Part shown: positions 30,502 through 40,207 of the stretch, piece by piece
Layout: each line of letters starts with the position of its first letter
Numbering within the stretch: the stretch's first letter is position 1
DNA from: a virus
Taxonomy: Duplodnaviria; Caudoviricetes
IMG/VR virus record: IMGVR_UViG_3300043372_000294
Span: 32,744 to 96,743 of that record
Length of the DNA stretch: 64,000 nt
Direction: 5' to 3' (one strand)
Made by a program: the position numbers and the translations under genes
The notes under the pieces: model-generated
What the model was told of the DNA's origin: nothing
Seen by the model: the letters and a program-made list of their open reading frames with translations, nothing else
Database searches by the model: none

Positions 30502-30743
30502 CTTCCAACCTCCGCACGAAGAACATCATAAGCAGCCTCAAGAGCATCATGCTGCTTATTAGTCAAACCCTCAGTATAAATATCATCTGCATCAGCCCAT
30601 GCTTCAATAAGAGAACGAAGATTATAAATCTCATCAGCAAGAAGTGCAATAGCACAAGTAGGATGCCACTGCCAACAATCTGCTGAATGAGTACGAACTA
30701 GATCGTCTCCCCATTTTTCAATAATGCTATCTACAGCATTCAT
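30498..30743 (-). CDS. Small hypothetical protein
   Basis: HS..CW.WH..C motif; RBS AGGAG. Confidence 0.7.
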   Translation of the reverse strand: MNAVDSIIEKWGDDLVRTHSADCWQWHPTCAIALLADEIYNLRSLIEAWADADDIYTEGLTNKQHDALEAAYDVLRAEVGR

Positions 30744-30805
30744 ACTTTCTCCTTTTGATCATAATACTATCCATAAGATACTTTATGGTTATCATACTAT
30801 CCAAG

Positions 30806-30879
30806 TGCGGGTAGTGGGACTCGAACCCACACTGAAGCGGGTTTAAGCCGCCGCCCTCTGCCAGTTGGGGTATACCCGC
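30806..30879 (-). tRNA. tRNA-Leu(UAA), short variable arm (74 nt)
   Basis: GCGGGTA acceptor; GGCGG-CTTAAAC-CCGCT anticodon arm; GGTTCGAGTCC. Confidence 0.9.
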
Positions 30880-30887
30880 TAAATGTT

Positions 30888-30917
30888 TGTGGGGGAGAGA
30901 TTGCCCTCTCCCCCACA
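30888..30917. terminator. Strong GC hairpin upstream of tRNA-Leu
   Basis: TGTGGGGGAGAG-ATTGCC-CTCTCCCCCACA. Confidence 0.5.
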
Positions 30918-30952
30918 GCACTGCCTTCACACGGTTTTGCGCTTCGTTCGGA

Positions 30953-31276
30953 CTATGACATCATATCATTAAGACGGACAATACCATCAGGAATTGCAGC
31001 AAGTCTACAAAGACCTTCCGGCTCAACCGTCTGTAGTACAATGTGACAGACGCCTTCTCCATCGTAATGAGCGCAATTGAAGCACTTGATTCCCCTAGAG
31101 GAAACTTCATTCTCAGATGCCTCAGTATAGCCAACCCATATTCCCTTGCCGTCATTATTCGCAAGTTTTCCATGACGCTCTACAATATTCATCATAGCTT
31201 GAACAAACTCTTTTTCGGGCTGAGGCATAATATTCATAAGCTCATGCGCCATCTTATCTACTAAATTTTCTTCCAC
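30953..31276 (-). CDS. HiPIP-like Cys-motif protein
   Basis: C..C..Y....C.IV...V.P.G.C. Confidence 0.55.
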   Translation of the reverse strand: MEENLVDKMAHELMNIMPQPEKEFVQAMMNIVERHGKLANNDGKGIWVGYTEASENEVSSRGIKCFNCAHYDGEGVCHIVLQTVEPEGLCRLAAIPDGIVRLNDMMS

Positions 31277-31327
31277 AATATCTCCTTTTTTATGCTACGT
31301 TCGCAACTTTTAGATTATACCAGATTT

Positions 31328-31498
31328 TTAAAAATTTTGATACGGAAGAATTCCCGGATCAAGTGTCATTCTTGACATTCCTTTTTCAATCTTCAAAACT
31401 CCAATACGAGAGAGAGATTTATCTCCATCTGGATAAATTTCAATCTCTGTATCAACCGGGTCTGGAAGTTTATCTCCAGAAATCTTTACATTAGCCAT
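31328..31498 (-). CDS. Small hypothetical protein (56 aa, MANVKISGDKLPDP...)
   Basis: Translated by hand; RBS AAGGAG. Confidence 0.55.
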   Translation of the reverse strand: MANVKISGDKLPDPVDTEIEIYPDGDKSLSRIGVLKIEKGMSRMTLDPGILPYQNF

Positions 31499-31519
31499 TC
31501 TATTCTCCTTTATTGAGGG

Positions 31520-31592
31520 TGCCTCCGGTGGGTTTCGATCCCACGACTATCGGCTTAAAAGGCCGCTACTCTTCCAACTGAGTTACAGAGGC
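31520..31592 (-). tRNA. tRNA-Lys(UUU)
   Basis: GCCTCTG acceptor; CGGC-CTTTTAA-GCCG; T-loop variant GGATCGAAACC. Confidence 0.9.
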
Positions 31593-31598
31593 GGAACA

Positions 31599-32021
31599 TC
31601 AAACAGGCCAGATATACTCCAGATCATCTGGCTCTGTCCATCCGAACTGAGAGTAGAATTCTACATCTTTTCTCAGCAAATTGCTACGGTGGGACGCATG
31701 AATTTTTTTATCACCCATCCACTCTGGATACGTAAAATTCTTGTCAATAGACTTAAACGCTTCATAAGTTTTATCAAGACAAGTATCTTTATACCCCCGC
31801 ATTGTCCACGCTGAAACAATTGCAATTTGATAAAGCATAAGATAGCTCTCATGCCCCATCCACATTTTTGTAGCTGGATGATTGATCCAACCCTTGCCTT
31901 TACTCATACCAGCAATTGTTTGCATGATTTGAAGTGTTTCTACTCTTTGCTTACCAAGTCGCTGTCTATCAAGCGACAAGGCGCAGAGAGCGAAATCATC
32001 ACTCGGAAGGAATGTTTGCAC
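31599..32021 (-). CDS. Pyrimidine-dimer DNA glycosylase/endonuclease V-like (MSMEG_6728 family)
   Basis: GTG start QTFLP...LD..RLGKQRVE..QI, W.NHPA..MW, H.SH.SNL.RKD; track start is over-extended. Confidence 0.8.
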   Translation of the reverse strand: MQTFLPSDDFALCALSLDRQRLGKQRVETLQIMQTIAGMSKGKGWINHPATKMWMGHESYLMLYQIAIVSAWTMRGYKDTCLDKTYEAFKSIDKNFTYPEWMGDKKIHASHRSNLLRKDVEFYSQFGWTEPDDLEYIWPV

Positions 32022-32235
32022 TAGTTTCTCCATTGGCAAAATTAGTGAGACGGATACGATAAGATCTAGCAATTTCTTTACTTGCATCAAGTTGTTTTTG
32101 CAAAATTTCAATTTCACTTGCGGCTTGATGAAAGAGCCAGCAGTCAGTATGACCATGATCTTGTTCTGGATTATCTCCAGTCCAAGGTTCACCCGCAGGG
32201 CAAGCTCTTTCACGAAGTTGATCTGGTAAATTCAT
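31999..32235 (-). CDS. Small hypothetical protein
   Basis: RBS AAGGAG; AA.EIE.L motif like the 30286 family. Confidence 0.6.
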   Translation of the reverse strand: MNLPDQLRERACPAGEPWTGDNPEQDHGHTDCWLFHQAASEIEILQKQLDASKEIARSYRIRLTNFANGETSANIPSE

Positions 32236-32422
32236 TGCTGCTCCTTAAATAAGTAGTGTACTATCCATAACTATTATTATGATTATTAAACTATTTATAA
32301 CCATTATTAATCATTAATATAGTTAAGATACTATGCATCGATAAAAAAGAACTCCAGTACCAATTGCAATACCTCATCCCGATCCAATAACTATAGCGGT
32401 TAAAGTATAAGCAATAATTTTC

Positions 32423-32581
32423 TCAGTCATAAAGTCTCAAAGCTCTTTCGATAGCTTTATCCATAATTTCTCCATTATAGAACTCTCCATCTGGATTGTC
32501 CAGAGCTTCAACTATAACACGCGGCAGGATCAAAGTTACAAGATCTTGCATCTCTTCTGCTGTAGGACTGCTTGCTGACAT
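32423..32581 (-). CDS. Small hypothetical protein (52 aa, MSASSPTAEEMQDL...)
   Basis: Translated by hand; RBS GAGGAG. Confidence 0.5.
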   Translation of the reverse strand: MSASSPTAEEMQDLVTLILPRVIVEALDNPDGEFYNGEIMDKAIERALRLYD

Positions 32582-32623
32582 AGTATCTCCTCACATAGTA
32601 TCCAACGACATAGTATTACCTAG

Positions 32624-32697
32624 TCCGGCAGGGTGGGATTGAACCACCGACCACGACTGTATAAGAATCGCGCTCTGACCAACTGAGCTACTGCCGG
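32624..32697 (-). tRNA. tRNA-Ile(UAU)
   Basis: CCGGCAG/CTGCCGG acceptor; CGATT-CTTATAC-AGTCG anticodon arm; GGTTCAATCCC. Confidence 0.9.
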
Positions 32698-32738
32698 GTA
32701 CATCCAGCATCGTACCACGACTTCAACAGGTTCGCAAC

Positions 32739-33446
32739 CTAAAAGGAAGTCTGCTTTGTTGCAGTCCAGTTTAAGGATTGATTATTCCAAGGATGAGTAT
32801 GGATCTCTTCGCCCGGCAGTCCTCCCCATTTATTTTTAAAATATTCTCTATTTTGTTCAAATAATTGAGATGGAACAACTGGGTGATCACCGCTATTTTG
32901 AGTTTGTGATCCATAATGATAAAACATTGCTACCTCAGAACCTACACATTTAATACCAGCTAAATTACCTCTGCGGTGATAATCATTGTCTTCAAAATAA
33001 GCTGGATATAAACCTTCATCGAACTCGCCAATTTTTTCATATGTGTCTGGTGTAATCATGAAGCAGGCAAAGTTAGGGCCAAGTTGCATTTTATCAATAT
33101 TATCTCCTAATGGAGAAGCAAGTACTTGATCTGCAGTTAGAGTATCTCTGTAATCACCAGCACTAATTAGCCCAATATCATTATTATCAATAGTATTTAT
33201 AAGATACTCAATGGTATTTGGAGCCAGTACAATGTCATCATTAATAATTAAAATATAGTCACATTTTTTTTCAATAGCTTTTTTAATGCCAATATTCCAA
33301 GATCTAGCAACACCCTTATTTTCAGACCAATTATTAATAATAAAAAATTCGCAATGAATAGTATTAGGAGTTTTGGCTGACTCTAAAGCTTTGAGGGCAA
33401 ATTCAAATTGATTGAGTACTGGTACTACTATTCCTATTTTTCTCAT
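32739..33446 (-). CDS. Glycosyltransferase family 2
   Basis: IVVPV.N, N.GVA.SWN.G, INDD, GEFDE...AYFED.DY. Confidence 0.9.
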   Translation of the reverse strand: MRKIGIVVPVLNQFEFALKALESAKTPNTIHCEFFIINNWSENKGVARSWNIGIKKAIEKKCDYILIINDDIVLAPNTIEYLINTIDNNDIGLISAGDYRDTLTADQVLASPLGDNIDKMQLGPNFACFMITPDTYEKIGEFDEGLYPAYFEDNDYHRRGNLAGIKCVGSEVAMFYHYGSQTQNSGDHPVVPSQLFEQNREYFKNKWGGLPGEEIHTHPWNNQSLNWTATKQTSF

Positions 33447-33460
33447 TTATTTAGTCCTAA

Positions 33461-34132
33461 TTAAAATATCCCATCACGCAATAAAGATTGAACGCTATTG
33501 TCGTGATATCTCTTTGTTTCAAAAGGTCCGCCATCCACTGGGTAAAACTTACGTCCAGTAGCAGATATTCTATTCCAGAAAACAGCATCTGCTGCACCCC
33601 AGTGCATAGGATTATCGTCCCATCCGCCAGCTTCATGGAATACGTTTATTCGATGCATAAGAGAATTATGATCAACGGCACAAGCCGCAATATCAATAAT
33701 ACCAGCAGTATATCTGATGCCCAGTTGATTGTCATTAGCATCAGCTAATCTTTGAGCACCGTATACTACATCAACGGATTCGTCCTCTAAGGCATTGACC
33801 ATTGCTTCTAATCTATTAGTATGATAGTAATCATCATTAGTTAAATATGTTATATAGTCACCAGTAGCAAAATCTCTAACACCAATATTGATTAAAGTAG
33901 CATATCTAGCAGTTGTTTTTCTTTGATCTTCACTAATATTAGATCTATATATTTTAATTCTATCATCATTATAAGATGACAAAATTAATTCTATATTTTC
34001 ATCACTTGAATTATCTTCTAATATAATTAATTCTAAATTAGGATATGTTTGATTCAAAACTGAATCAATACATTGATTCAGCCATTGAGAATTGTTATAT
34101 ACAGTGAGAATTACACTAACTCTCTTGTGCAT
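33461..34132 (-). CDS. Glycosyltransferase family 2 (SpsA-like)
   Basis: VSVIL..YN, IDSVL.QT..N.ELII.EDNS.D, GDYITYL.NDD. Confidence 0.9.
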   Translation of the reverse strand: MHKRVSVILTVYNNSQWLNQCIDSVLNQTYPNLELIILEDNSSDENIELILSSYNDDRIKIYRSNISEDQRKTTARYATLINIGVRDFATGDYITYLTNDDYYHTNRLEAMVNALEDESVDVVYGAQRLADANDNQLGIRYTAGIIDIAACAVDHNSLMHRINVFHEAGGWDDNPMHWGAADAVFWNRISATGRKFYPVDGGPFETKRYHDNSVQSLLRDGIF

Positions 34133-34133
34133 G

Positions 34134-35204
34134 TCAAGAAAGAATAGAATTCCAAGTATTAGGTCCAACTATGCCATCAACCCTGAGATTATGATCACGC
34201 TGATACCTGCGAACAGCAGAGTCAGTAGCAGGACCAAAGACACCATCCTGAACAAGGGCGTAGCCTTTAAGATTTAAAGCGCCCTGAAGGATCTTCACAG
34301 ATCCTCCTACTGCCCCTTCCTTCAAAATCTGAGAAGCTGCACTTGCAACAGCCGCAACGAAAGCATCACCCTCTCCCGAGGCGGGGTGATGATTCTGTGA
34401 GGATAACCAGACAAAAAACTGGGTAGTAGCCTCGTCAGTTCTTGGACCCCAAATACCATCGGCAGGAATGTTCAAATTTCTCTGCCAAACAGTAACTGCC
34501 GCCTGAGTCTTGGGGCCATATACACCATCCTGAGAAGCTCCGACAAGTGCCTGAATAGTCTTCACCTTATTGCCAGTTGATCCGAGGCCAAATACATCAG
34601 TACTAGGGTTAGGTGTCTGAGGAGGTTGCGGAGCGGGAGCCTGACCCCCAAGATTCTTTGAAATCTCAGAAAGAAGCTGATCCCAAGGATAATCAGGGCC
34701 GGGATCAGTATGACCACCCTTAACAAAAGCATAGGTAATCTCACGATGAGAAGTAATGCCAACACGATCACCCGCACGAAGATCATCGGCAGTGAGGAAG
34801 TGTACCGGAATACCGTAGCGCTCACAAAGAGCAGCGCACAGAGGGGCAACCTGATTGATAATCATATCCTGTGAATACTGATCGGCCCATCCAGTTCCAA
34901 AACCAATGCCCTGATTGGCATAACCAGCCTGCTCAATGCCAATGCCACAATTATTTGTGCTATTTTCGCCAGTATGCCAAGCGGTATCATCAGGCTTTAC
35001 TGAACAGACAGTACTATTGTTATCGCAACAATAATGAGCAGAAGCCTGAGGAGCATTTCCACCAGCAAAATAACTTGCACATGACTCTGCTGTTGTGGAA
35101 TATTCTCCAGCTTCCATATCATGAATTACAATAAGGGAAGGCTGAACCTTACGACCCCAAGTAAAATTTCTCGCCTGAATAAAGGGAATTGCGTCTAAGT
35201 TCAT
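34134..35204 (-). CDS. Endolysin: N-acetylmuramoyl-L-alanine amidase plus peptidoglycan-binding domains
   Basis: IVIH, SAHY, AWH, IGIE, H....GHTDPG; C-terminal DG.YGP.T / DG.VGP.TW repeats. Confidence 0.92.
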   Translation of the reverse strand: MNLDAIPFIQARNFTWGRKVQPSLIVIHDMEAGEYSTTAESCASYFAGGNAPQASAHYCCDNNSTVCSVKPDDTAWHTGENSTNNCGIGIEQAGYANQGIGFGTGWADQYSQDMIINQVAPLCAALCERYGIPVHFLTADDLRAGDRVGITSHREITYAFVKGGHTDPGPDYPWDQLLSEISKNLGGQAPAPQPPQTPNPSTDVFGLGSTGNKVKTIQALVGASQDGVYGPKTQAAVTVWQRNLNIPADGIWGPRTDEATTQFFVWLSSQNHHPASGEGDAFVAAVASAASQILKEGAVGGSVKILQGALNLKGYALVQDGVFGPATDSAVRRYQRDHNLRVDGIVGPNTWNSILS

Positions 35205-35263
35205 GATGATCTCCTATTTATATATATTCATTTTATCATGGATAAAGAGATTTTACAACTAAA

Positions 35264-35428
35264 CTAATGAGTTGACTTATATCCACCCGGAACTTGGCCA
35301 AATCCAATTGTTTTTACTCTACAAGCAAAACAATCACAGTAGTCTGGATGATGACATGGGCACTCGCAGGCATACCCTAAGCATTCATAGTGCTCTTTAT
35401 TTTCACATAAAGTACTTTTAAATCTCAT
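35264..35428 (-). CDS. Small Cys-rich protein
   Basis: C...H..C....C.C.CH...C.C..C. Confidence 0.5.
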   Translation of the reverse strand: MRFKSTLCENKEHYECLGYACECPCHHPDYCDCFACRVKTIGFGQVPGGYKSTH

Positions 35429-35432
35429 ATTA

Positions 35433-36236
35433 CTATAATACCAGATCGAGGTTATGCCTAACTTGAGCAAAACCATTAAAATTTCCAGCAGGATTTAATT
35501 TTTTAGTAATAGGTGTAGCAATATGCTCCATAGGACTCCAGTGAGGAGGCTCTGCACTTGCCAACCTAGAAAATAACTGAAGATCTTTAAGCTGATTGAA
35601 AGATCCATCATGATTATCATAGGAAACTCTTGCACACCTAGCTACACACATTTTAATTTTATCTTCTGTACTAAAATTTAAATCTTTAAAAGTCAAATAT
35701 GGCAAATGATATTCACCCTTAATTAAAAGAGATGGAGTGCTTGCCTCATAGGCTTCTTTCATAAGATCAGCTACTTCGCGAATTTCAGGTTGAGCAAGGG
35801 GACTACACCTTTGCTCAAAAAAACTATCCCACTCAGTTGAACTGACAATGACCTTATGCCACATAAAAGGCTCAAGAAGTCTATTAGTAGTCTGCTTATG
35901 AACTCCAAGCTTCTCAAGTTTCTTTGCGTGCTTCACTGCACTCTTGGAGGCCTTAAGCCAAGTCTTGCTTGCTTTGACTGAATCGCAGTATGCTAACTTT
36001 TCTTCTGCTTGCATACCGGGCTTATTGACTCCCCAGAAAACTGGGAAGGCAGGATTTTTTGAAATTCTTTCTATTTGCCTAGAAATTGGGATAGCTCTTG
36101 ATGATGCAGAGTTGCGAGAAAAAACTCGGTGAGTATTAAACTCAGGAAGGATAAATCGATGGAATTGAACCTCCATCGTAGTAAGCCTATCTCCCTCAGC
36201 ATTTAAACTGTCAGCAATCACTTTTGCGTAAATCAT
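35433..36236 (-). CDS. thyX: Flavin-dependent thymidylate synthase
   Basis: EFNTHRVFSRNSASSRAIP, HKQ..NRLLEPF, AQPEI, ARCARVSY, HWSP.EH. Confidence 0.9.
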   Translation of the reverse strand: MIYAKVIADSLNAEGDRLTTMEVQFHRFILPEFNTHRVFSRNSASSRAIPISRQIERISKNPAFPVFWGVNKPGMQAEEKLAYCDSVKASKTWLKASKSAVKHAKKLEKLGVHKQTTNRLLEPFMWHKVIVSSTEWDSFFEQRCSPLAQPEIREVADLMKEAYEASTPSLLIKGEYHLPYLTFKDLNFSTEDKIKMCVARCARVSYDNHDGSFNQLKDLQLFSRLASAEPPHWSPMEHIATPITKKLNPAGNFNGFAQVRHNLDLVL

Positions 36237-36243
36237 CAATCTC

Positions 36244-36687
36244 CTATGCGCTATCGCGGTAGGAGCCAATTATATCACTACAAATGCCAATACACTGAGA
36301 GATATCATCATCAAACATTTCGGGAAGAACGGCAATGCTCTGACAGATCGGCTGTTGTCCGGGATACGCCCAAATATACTGCTTAGATGTCAATGCTACT
36401 TTATCTTGTTGATGCCAGAAAAAATTGAAGATCTCATACTCTTTCAAGGGCATAATAGTATCTACATTTTTGCAATGAATCCAAAGTTTTGATGCATTAT
36501 TAAGTAACCAAGAAAGCTTAACATGAGAATCTGGTTTATCATGTCCTAGATAAAAATTATTATTTAAATACCATACATCAATCTCAACATCAAAATCTTT
36601 ATTAATTGCATTATCAATATACTCAATTGTATTTTCAAATTCAATATTTTTTTCATTAACATTGCCTCTATGCGAAATATAAATCAT
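36244..36687 (-). CDS. GDPD/PI-PLC-like phosphodiesterase
   Basis: ISHRGN...EN...I..A...FDVEIDVW...LGHD.P...WIHCKN...GICSD. Confidence 0.75.
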   Translation of the reverse strand: MIYISHRGNVNEKNIEFENTIEYIDNAINKDFDVEIDVWYLNNNFYLGHDKPDSHVKLSWLLNNASKLWIHCKNVDTIMPLKEYEIFNFFWHQQDKVALTSKQYIWAYPGQQPICQSIAVLPEMFDDDISQCIGICSDIIGSYRDSA

Positions 36688-36689
36688 GG

Positions 36690-37361
36690 TTACATCCTAA
36701 AAAAATGAATTTTTTTGACAAAAGATTCATCGTACTCGGCCACTAATTCTCTCATAGTTCCTTGAATAGCATTGGTTACATCATATCCTAAATTAGTTAA
36801 AACAACTCCGGTAATTCTTTCAGTAGTGCAAGACTCAATTTTTCTATTAGGTAGAATATTAAATATACCACTATTACTTAAATCAGTCATTACTTTATTA
36901 GAACAATAAAACATAGGACCAAAAATGCCCTTATGTTCTTCTGGGAAACCGTATCCAATGTGAGCTTTCATTTGATCATCTGCCCAAACTGACATACTCA
37001 CCCCGTTGTCATGATCAAAATCAGTTGGTTCAGGAGGACAAGTCCACCATCTAATTACAGTCAAATCGTTTTTCTCTACAAAGGAAATATTTTGTTGTAA
37101 AACTAAAGAATCATGCATACAATAATAAAAATCTTCATCTTTATTATCCTCAAACCCAATTCTGTATGCCTCTAACGCATAGTGAGTATTGTGGACATCA
37201 TAAAAAATTACTTTAGAATCAAGATCGTTTTTGTATCCACGATCTTCTGAATCTGAATCTATAACTGCTATCTTAGCATCTGGATGAAACTGGCGGATGG
37301 CATTTACACAATCAAAAATTACAGGATTCTCTTTATCAAATTTACAAGGTATAATAAACAT
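36690..37361 (-). CDS. Glycosyltransferase-like protein
   Basis: CV.AIR.FHP...I.VIDS.S, HDS motif, ER..G. Confidence 0.6.
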   Translation of the reverse strand: MFIIPCKFDKENPVIFDCVNAIRQFHPDAKIAVIDSDSEDRGYKNDLDSKVIFYDVHNTHYALEAYRIGFEDNKDEDFYYCMHDSLVLQQNISFVEKNDLTVIRWWTCPPEPTDFDHDNGVSMSVWADDQMKAHIGYGFPEEHKGIFGPMFYCSNKVMTDLSNSGIFNILPNRKIESCTTERITGVVLTNLGYDVTNAIQGTMRELVAEYDESFVKKIHFFRM

Positions 37362-37368
37362 AATTTTC

Positions 37369-38037
37369 CTAACTAAAAAATATATCTTTAATTTTAAAAC
37401 TTAATTCATCTACAAATTTAATTTCAATATTTTGTTTTGCTAAATACCTAGCAAAAATTTCCTCAGCATTTAATGCTGTCTCAATAATATCTTCGGTATA
37501 AAATGTTTCATCTGGAATTGCTTTCAACATGGTGTCCGGGGTTCCATAAAAAAAACAATCACTAATAAATCCATTAGTAGGAGATTGCTTAGAATAAATT
37601 ATATTATCTTCAATTTCTATAATTTTTGGTAATACTAAATCTTGCAAATCAAATCTAGATCTAAACAGAACATCATATTTTTTTGAAGAATCAACTACAT
37701 ATAATATTGATTTCTTAATTTTCTTAAACATTAATATAGTATTTAAAATACTCACATTATGTTGCGTCTTTAATGTTAAATCAAAATGATTATATTTAAT
37801 ATATTTATCCTGATTCTCAATATCTATATTTAATGGACTGTATATATTAATCAAAGAATTGATATCTACATTGTTAGTTTCATCATCATTATCTCCAGAC
37901 CAAAACACTTTTTCACTACCAGTTTTTTCCCATGTTGATATATAAAAATCACTTTGTATATTCTTCAATATCTGATTAGCATTAGATATTTTATTATCAT
38001 ACTCTCTGCTGTGTCCAGCTATGCACGCTGCGTACAT
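37369..38037 (-). CDS. Putative glycan-modifying protein
   Basis: A.CI.G..R, D.YISTW, YD...RSRFD, D.F.YG, E pattern typical of polysaccharide-locus proteins. Confidence 0.55.
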   Translation of the reverse strand: MYAACIAGHSREYDNKISNANQILKNIQSDFYISTWEKTGSEKVFWSGDNDDETNNVDINSLINIYSPLNIDIENQDKYIKYNHFDLTLKTQHNVSILNTILMFKKIKKSILYVVDSSKKYDVLFRSRFDLQDLVLPKIIEIEDNIIYSKQSPTNGFISDCFFYGTPDTMLKAIPDETFYTEDIIETALNAEEIFARYLAKQNIEIKFVDELSFKIKDIFFS

Positions 38038-38822
38038 TATTCTTCAATCTTAGCAACATGGGATGTTGGTAGATTATACCAACATGAATGATACTGCGCT
38101 GGATACTTTTCAAGTATGTAGTCAGGATATTTAAGAGTATCAAAAAATATGTCCCCCGTCTCAAGCACAAGACAATAGTCATTTAATTGCCAGCCAGAGT
38201 CCCACCTAGTCTTTGCTCTCTTGAGAACTTGGTCTTTTGATCTATAGCTAAACTGCTTATGCTGAAACGGACTATAGGCCACTCTCTCAAGCGCCTGTGG
38301 TGGTACCACTAGTCTATGTTGATCATTGTATGTGTATCTTATATCAAATCTAAAATAACGATGCTCAGGATGTCCGGGTGCCATATACCATTTCATTTTT
38401 GGTTCTATGAAGTCACCCTTATCAAAAATCCAGTCTTCCCTCTGAGATGTGTGGAGGAAAAAATGTAGATTCTGAATACACACTGTCGTTGCATCTGGAT
38501 ACTGATCTAACATCTGAAGTGGATCACCACTCGGAAACTCATCAGGATGCAGAACAGCAACCCATTCTTTATCATCTACAAGACTTTTTGCTCTCTCCCA
38601 CAAAAAGCTTCTTATTGAATCATTTGATATTCCATCAATAACATTTTTATCTTTTTCATAAAAAATAACTTCAGGAAATTTAGAACATATTTCAAAACCT
38701 TGATCATCATCTGATCCGTCTAAAACTAAAATCTTGTCATAAAAACAAGTAATCCTAGAAAGATATTCTTCTAAAATATCATTTTCATCTCTCATTATGA
38801 GAAGTCCCATTTGCTTATTCAT
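38037..38822 (-). CDS. Glycosyltransferase family 2-like
   Basis: RDE.D.L.E.L....D.I.V.DGSDD, W...H.DEF. Confidence 0.7.
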   Translation of the reverse strand: MNKQMGLLIMRDENDILEEYLSRITCFYDKILVLDGSDDDQGFEICSKFPEVIFYEKDKNVIDGISNDSIRSFLWERAKSLVDDKEWVAVLHPDEFPSGDPLQMLDQYPDATTVCIQNLHFFLHTSQREDWIFDKGDFIEPKMKWYMAPGHPEHRYFRFDIRYTYNDQHRLVVPPQALERVAYSPFQHKQFSYRSKDQVLKRAKTRWDSGWQLNDYCLVLETGDIFFDTLKYPDYILEKYPAQYHSCWYNLPTSHVAKIEE

Positions 38823-40195
38823 CGCCCTCTATACTCTTTTAAATAAAAATCTAAATCTTCTGGAGTTCCAAGACCCCACATTTTACTAATGTCAAAAGTT
38901 TTGATTTTCTTGCCATCTTTAATAGCTTGATTAAACACTGGACATACATAGAATTCATTATTAACTCTAATGTTATTGCTAATCATATCTTCAGCATACT
39001 TAACAAAGTCTGATCCATGTTTCCAATAGTAAAAACCAACAGTAGCAATATCTGAAATAGGATTTTTCTCCGCAACTTCAATAACAAATCCGCTTTCATC
39101 TACCTTGGCAAATGACCACTTTGGATGAGTTGATCTAAATGATACAATTCCGCCATCAACCTGTGACTCTTGCATATTATAAAGAAACTCTGACGAGTTC
39201 CACTCAACAAACTGATCTGAATTCGCAAAGAATAGAGGATCATCATTATCAATAAACTCTTTGGATAAGAGAGCAGTGCAAGCAGCCCCTTCAGTAAGAC
39301 CATCTATTTCAACAACAGTAGAATTTGGGGCAATAAGATTCAATAGTGCATCTAAGTTATACTTTTCTCTTTCGTTCTTCTGAACTATAAAGATATAATT
39401 AGCATCTATATTAATATTTTCAACAACCACCTGAATCATTGGTTTCCCTTTGACTTCAATTAAAGGCTTTGGAAACGTATATCCAGCATCTCTAAATCTA
39501 CTTCCGGCTCCTGCCATTGGTATAACTATATTCATCTTCTTGTCTACCCACTTAAAATTCTTAAATTTCTTATCTTTATCAATCATCTTGATATTGTCAA
39601 TGATATCAGAAAAATTGATATCTGAGGGAGACTTGACTCTCAATATATGAGATCCACTTTTTTCAGCAGCAAGCAGTCCAAATGGAGAATCTTCAACTAT
39701 AAGAGTTTCGTCAGGTAGTAGATTCATGTATGAGATAGCTTTCCAGTACATCTCTGGGTGAGGCTTGCTATTACCGACATCTTCATTTGATAAAATTAAA
39801 TCAAAGAATTGTATAATATTTAGTCTAGATAAAACAGTAAAAACAGTTTTTCTAACACTATTAGAACAACAAGCTAACTTATATCCAAGATTAGATAAAG
39901 TTTGCATACAATCAAAAATATCTTGAGATGGCTCAATAGTACTTAGCATTTGCAGAGTTATCTGTTGCTTTCTCTGTTCTATTGAAAAATGCAAATTAGA
40001 AGGAAGATTTTTTTCTTTTGTTAAAATACTTAATTTAGTCTTAGTTTTTAAACCATCATATTTAGAAAGATGTTCATTCCAAGTAATTGCATAATCCGGA
40101 TCTACTTCAGACAAAGCAATATTTAAAGCATCAAAATGAATATTTTTAGCTTCTACTAGAACACCATCTAGATCAAATATAACGAACTTTATCAT
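38819..40195 (-). CDS. HAD hydrolase fused to sugar-nucleotidyltransferase
   Basis: FDLDGVL...KPHP...VEDS..G; IPMAGAGSRF..GY..PKPLI, EFYV.PV, LGTPEDL. Confidence 0.9.
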   Translation of the reverse strand: MIKFVIFDLDGVLVEAKNIHFDALNIALSEVDPDYAITWNEHLSKYDGLKTKTKLSILTKEKNLPSNLHFSIEQRKQQITLQMLSTIEPSQDIFDCMQTLSNLGYKLACCSNSVRKTVFTVLSRLNIIQFFDLILSNEDVGNSKPHPEMYWKAISYMNLLPDETLIVEDSPFGLLAAEKSGSHILRVKSPSDINFSDIIDNIKMIDKDKKFKNFKWVDKKMNIVIPMAGAGSRFRDAGYTFPKPLIEVKGKPMIQVVVENINIDANYIFIVQKNEREKYNLDALLNLIAPNSTVVEIDGLTEGAACTALLSKEFIDNDDPLFFANSDQFVEWNSSEFLYNMQESQVDGGIVSFRSTHPKWSFAKVDESGFVIEVAEKNPISDIATVGFYYWKHGSDFVKYAEDMISNNIRVNNEFYVCPVFNQAIKDGKKIKTFDISKMWGLGTPEDLDFYLKEYRGR

Positions 40196-40207
40196 ATAAA
40201 AATTATA

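Noticed and set aside
30727-30930. 67-aa ORF
   Set aside because: Overlaps tRNA-Leu and a hairpin; spurious
31599-32213. 204-aa version of the glycosylase
   Set aside because: N-terminal extension overlaps another gene; family motif and RBS point to GTG at 32021
32323-32430. Hydrophobic mini-ORF with in-frame TGA (MTEKIIAYTLTAIVIGSG*GIAIGTGVLF...) suggesting stop-codon recoding
   Set aside because: TGA, TAG and TAA all end well-supported genes here and no suppressor tRNA is seen; at most a tiny pseudogene
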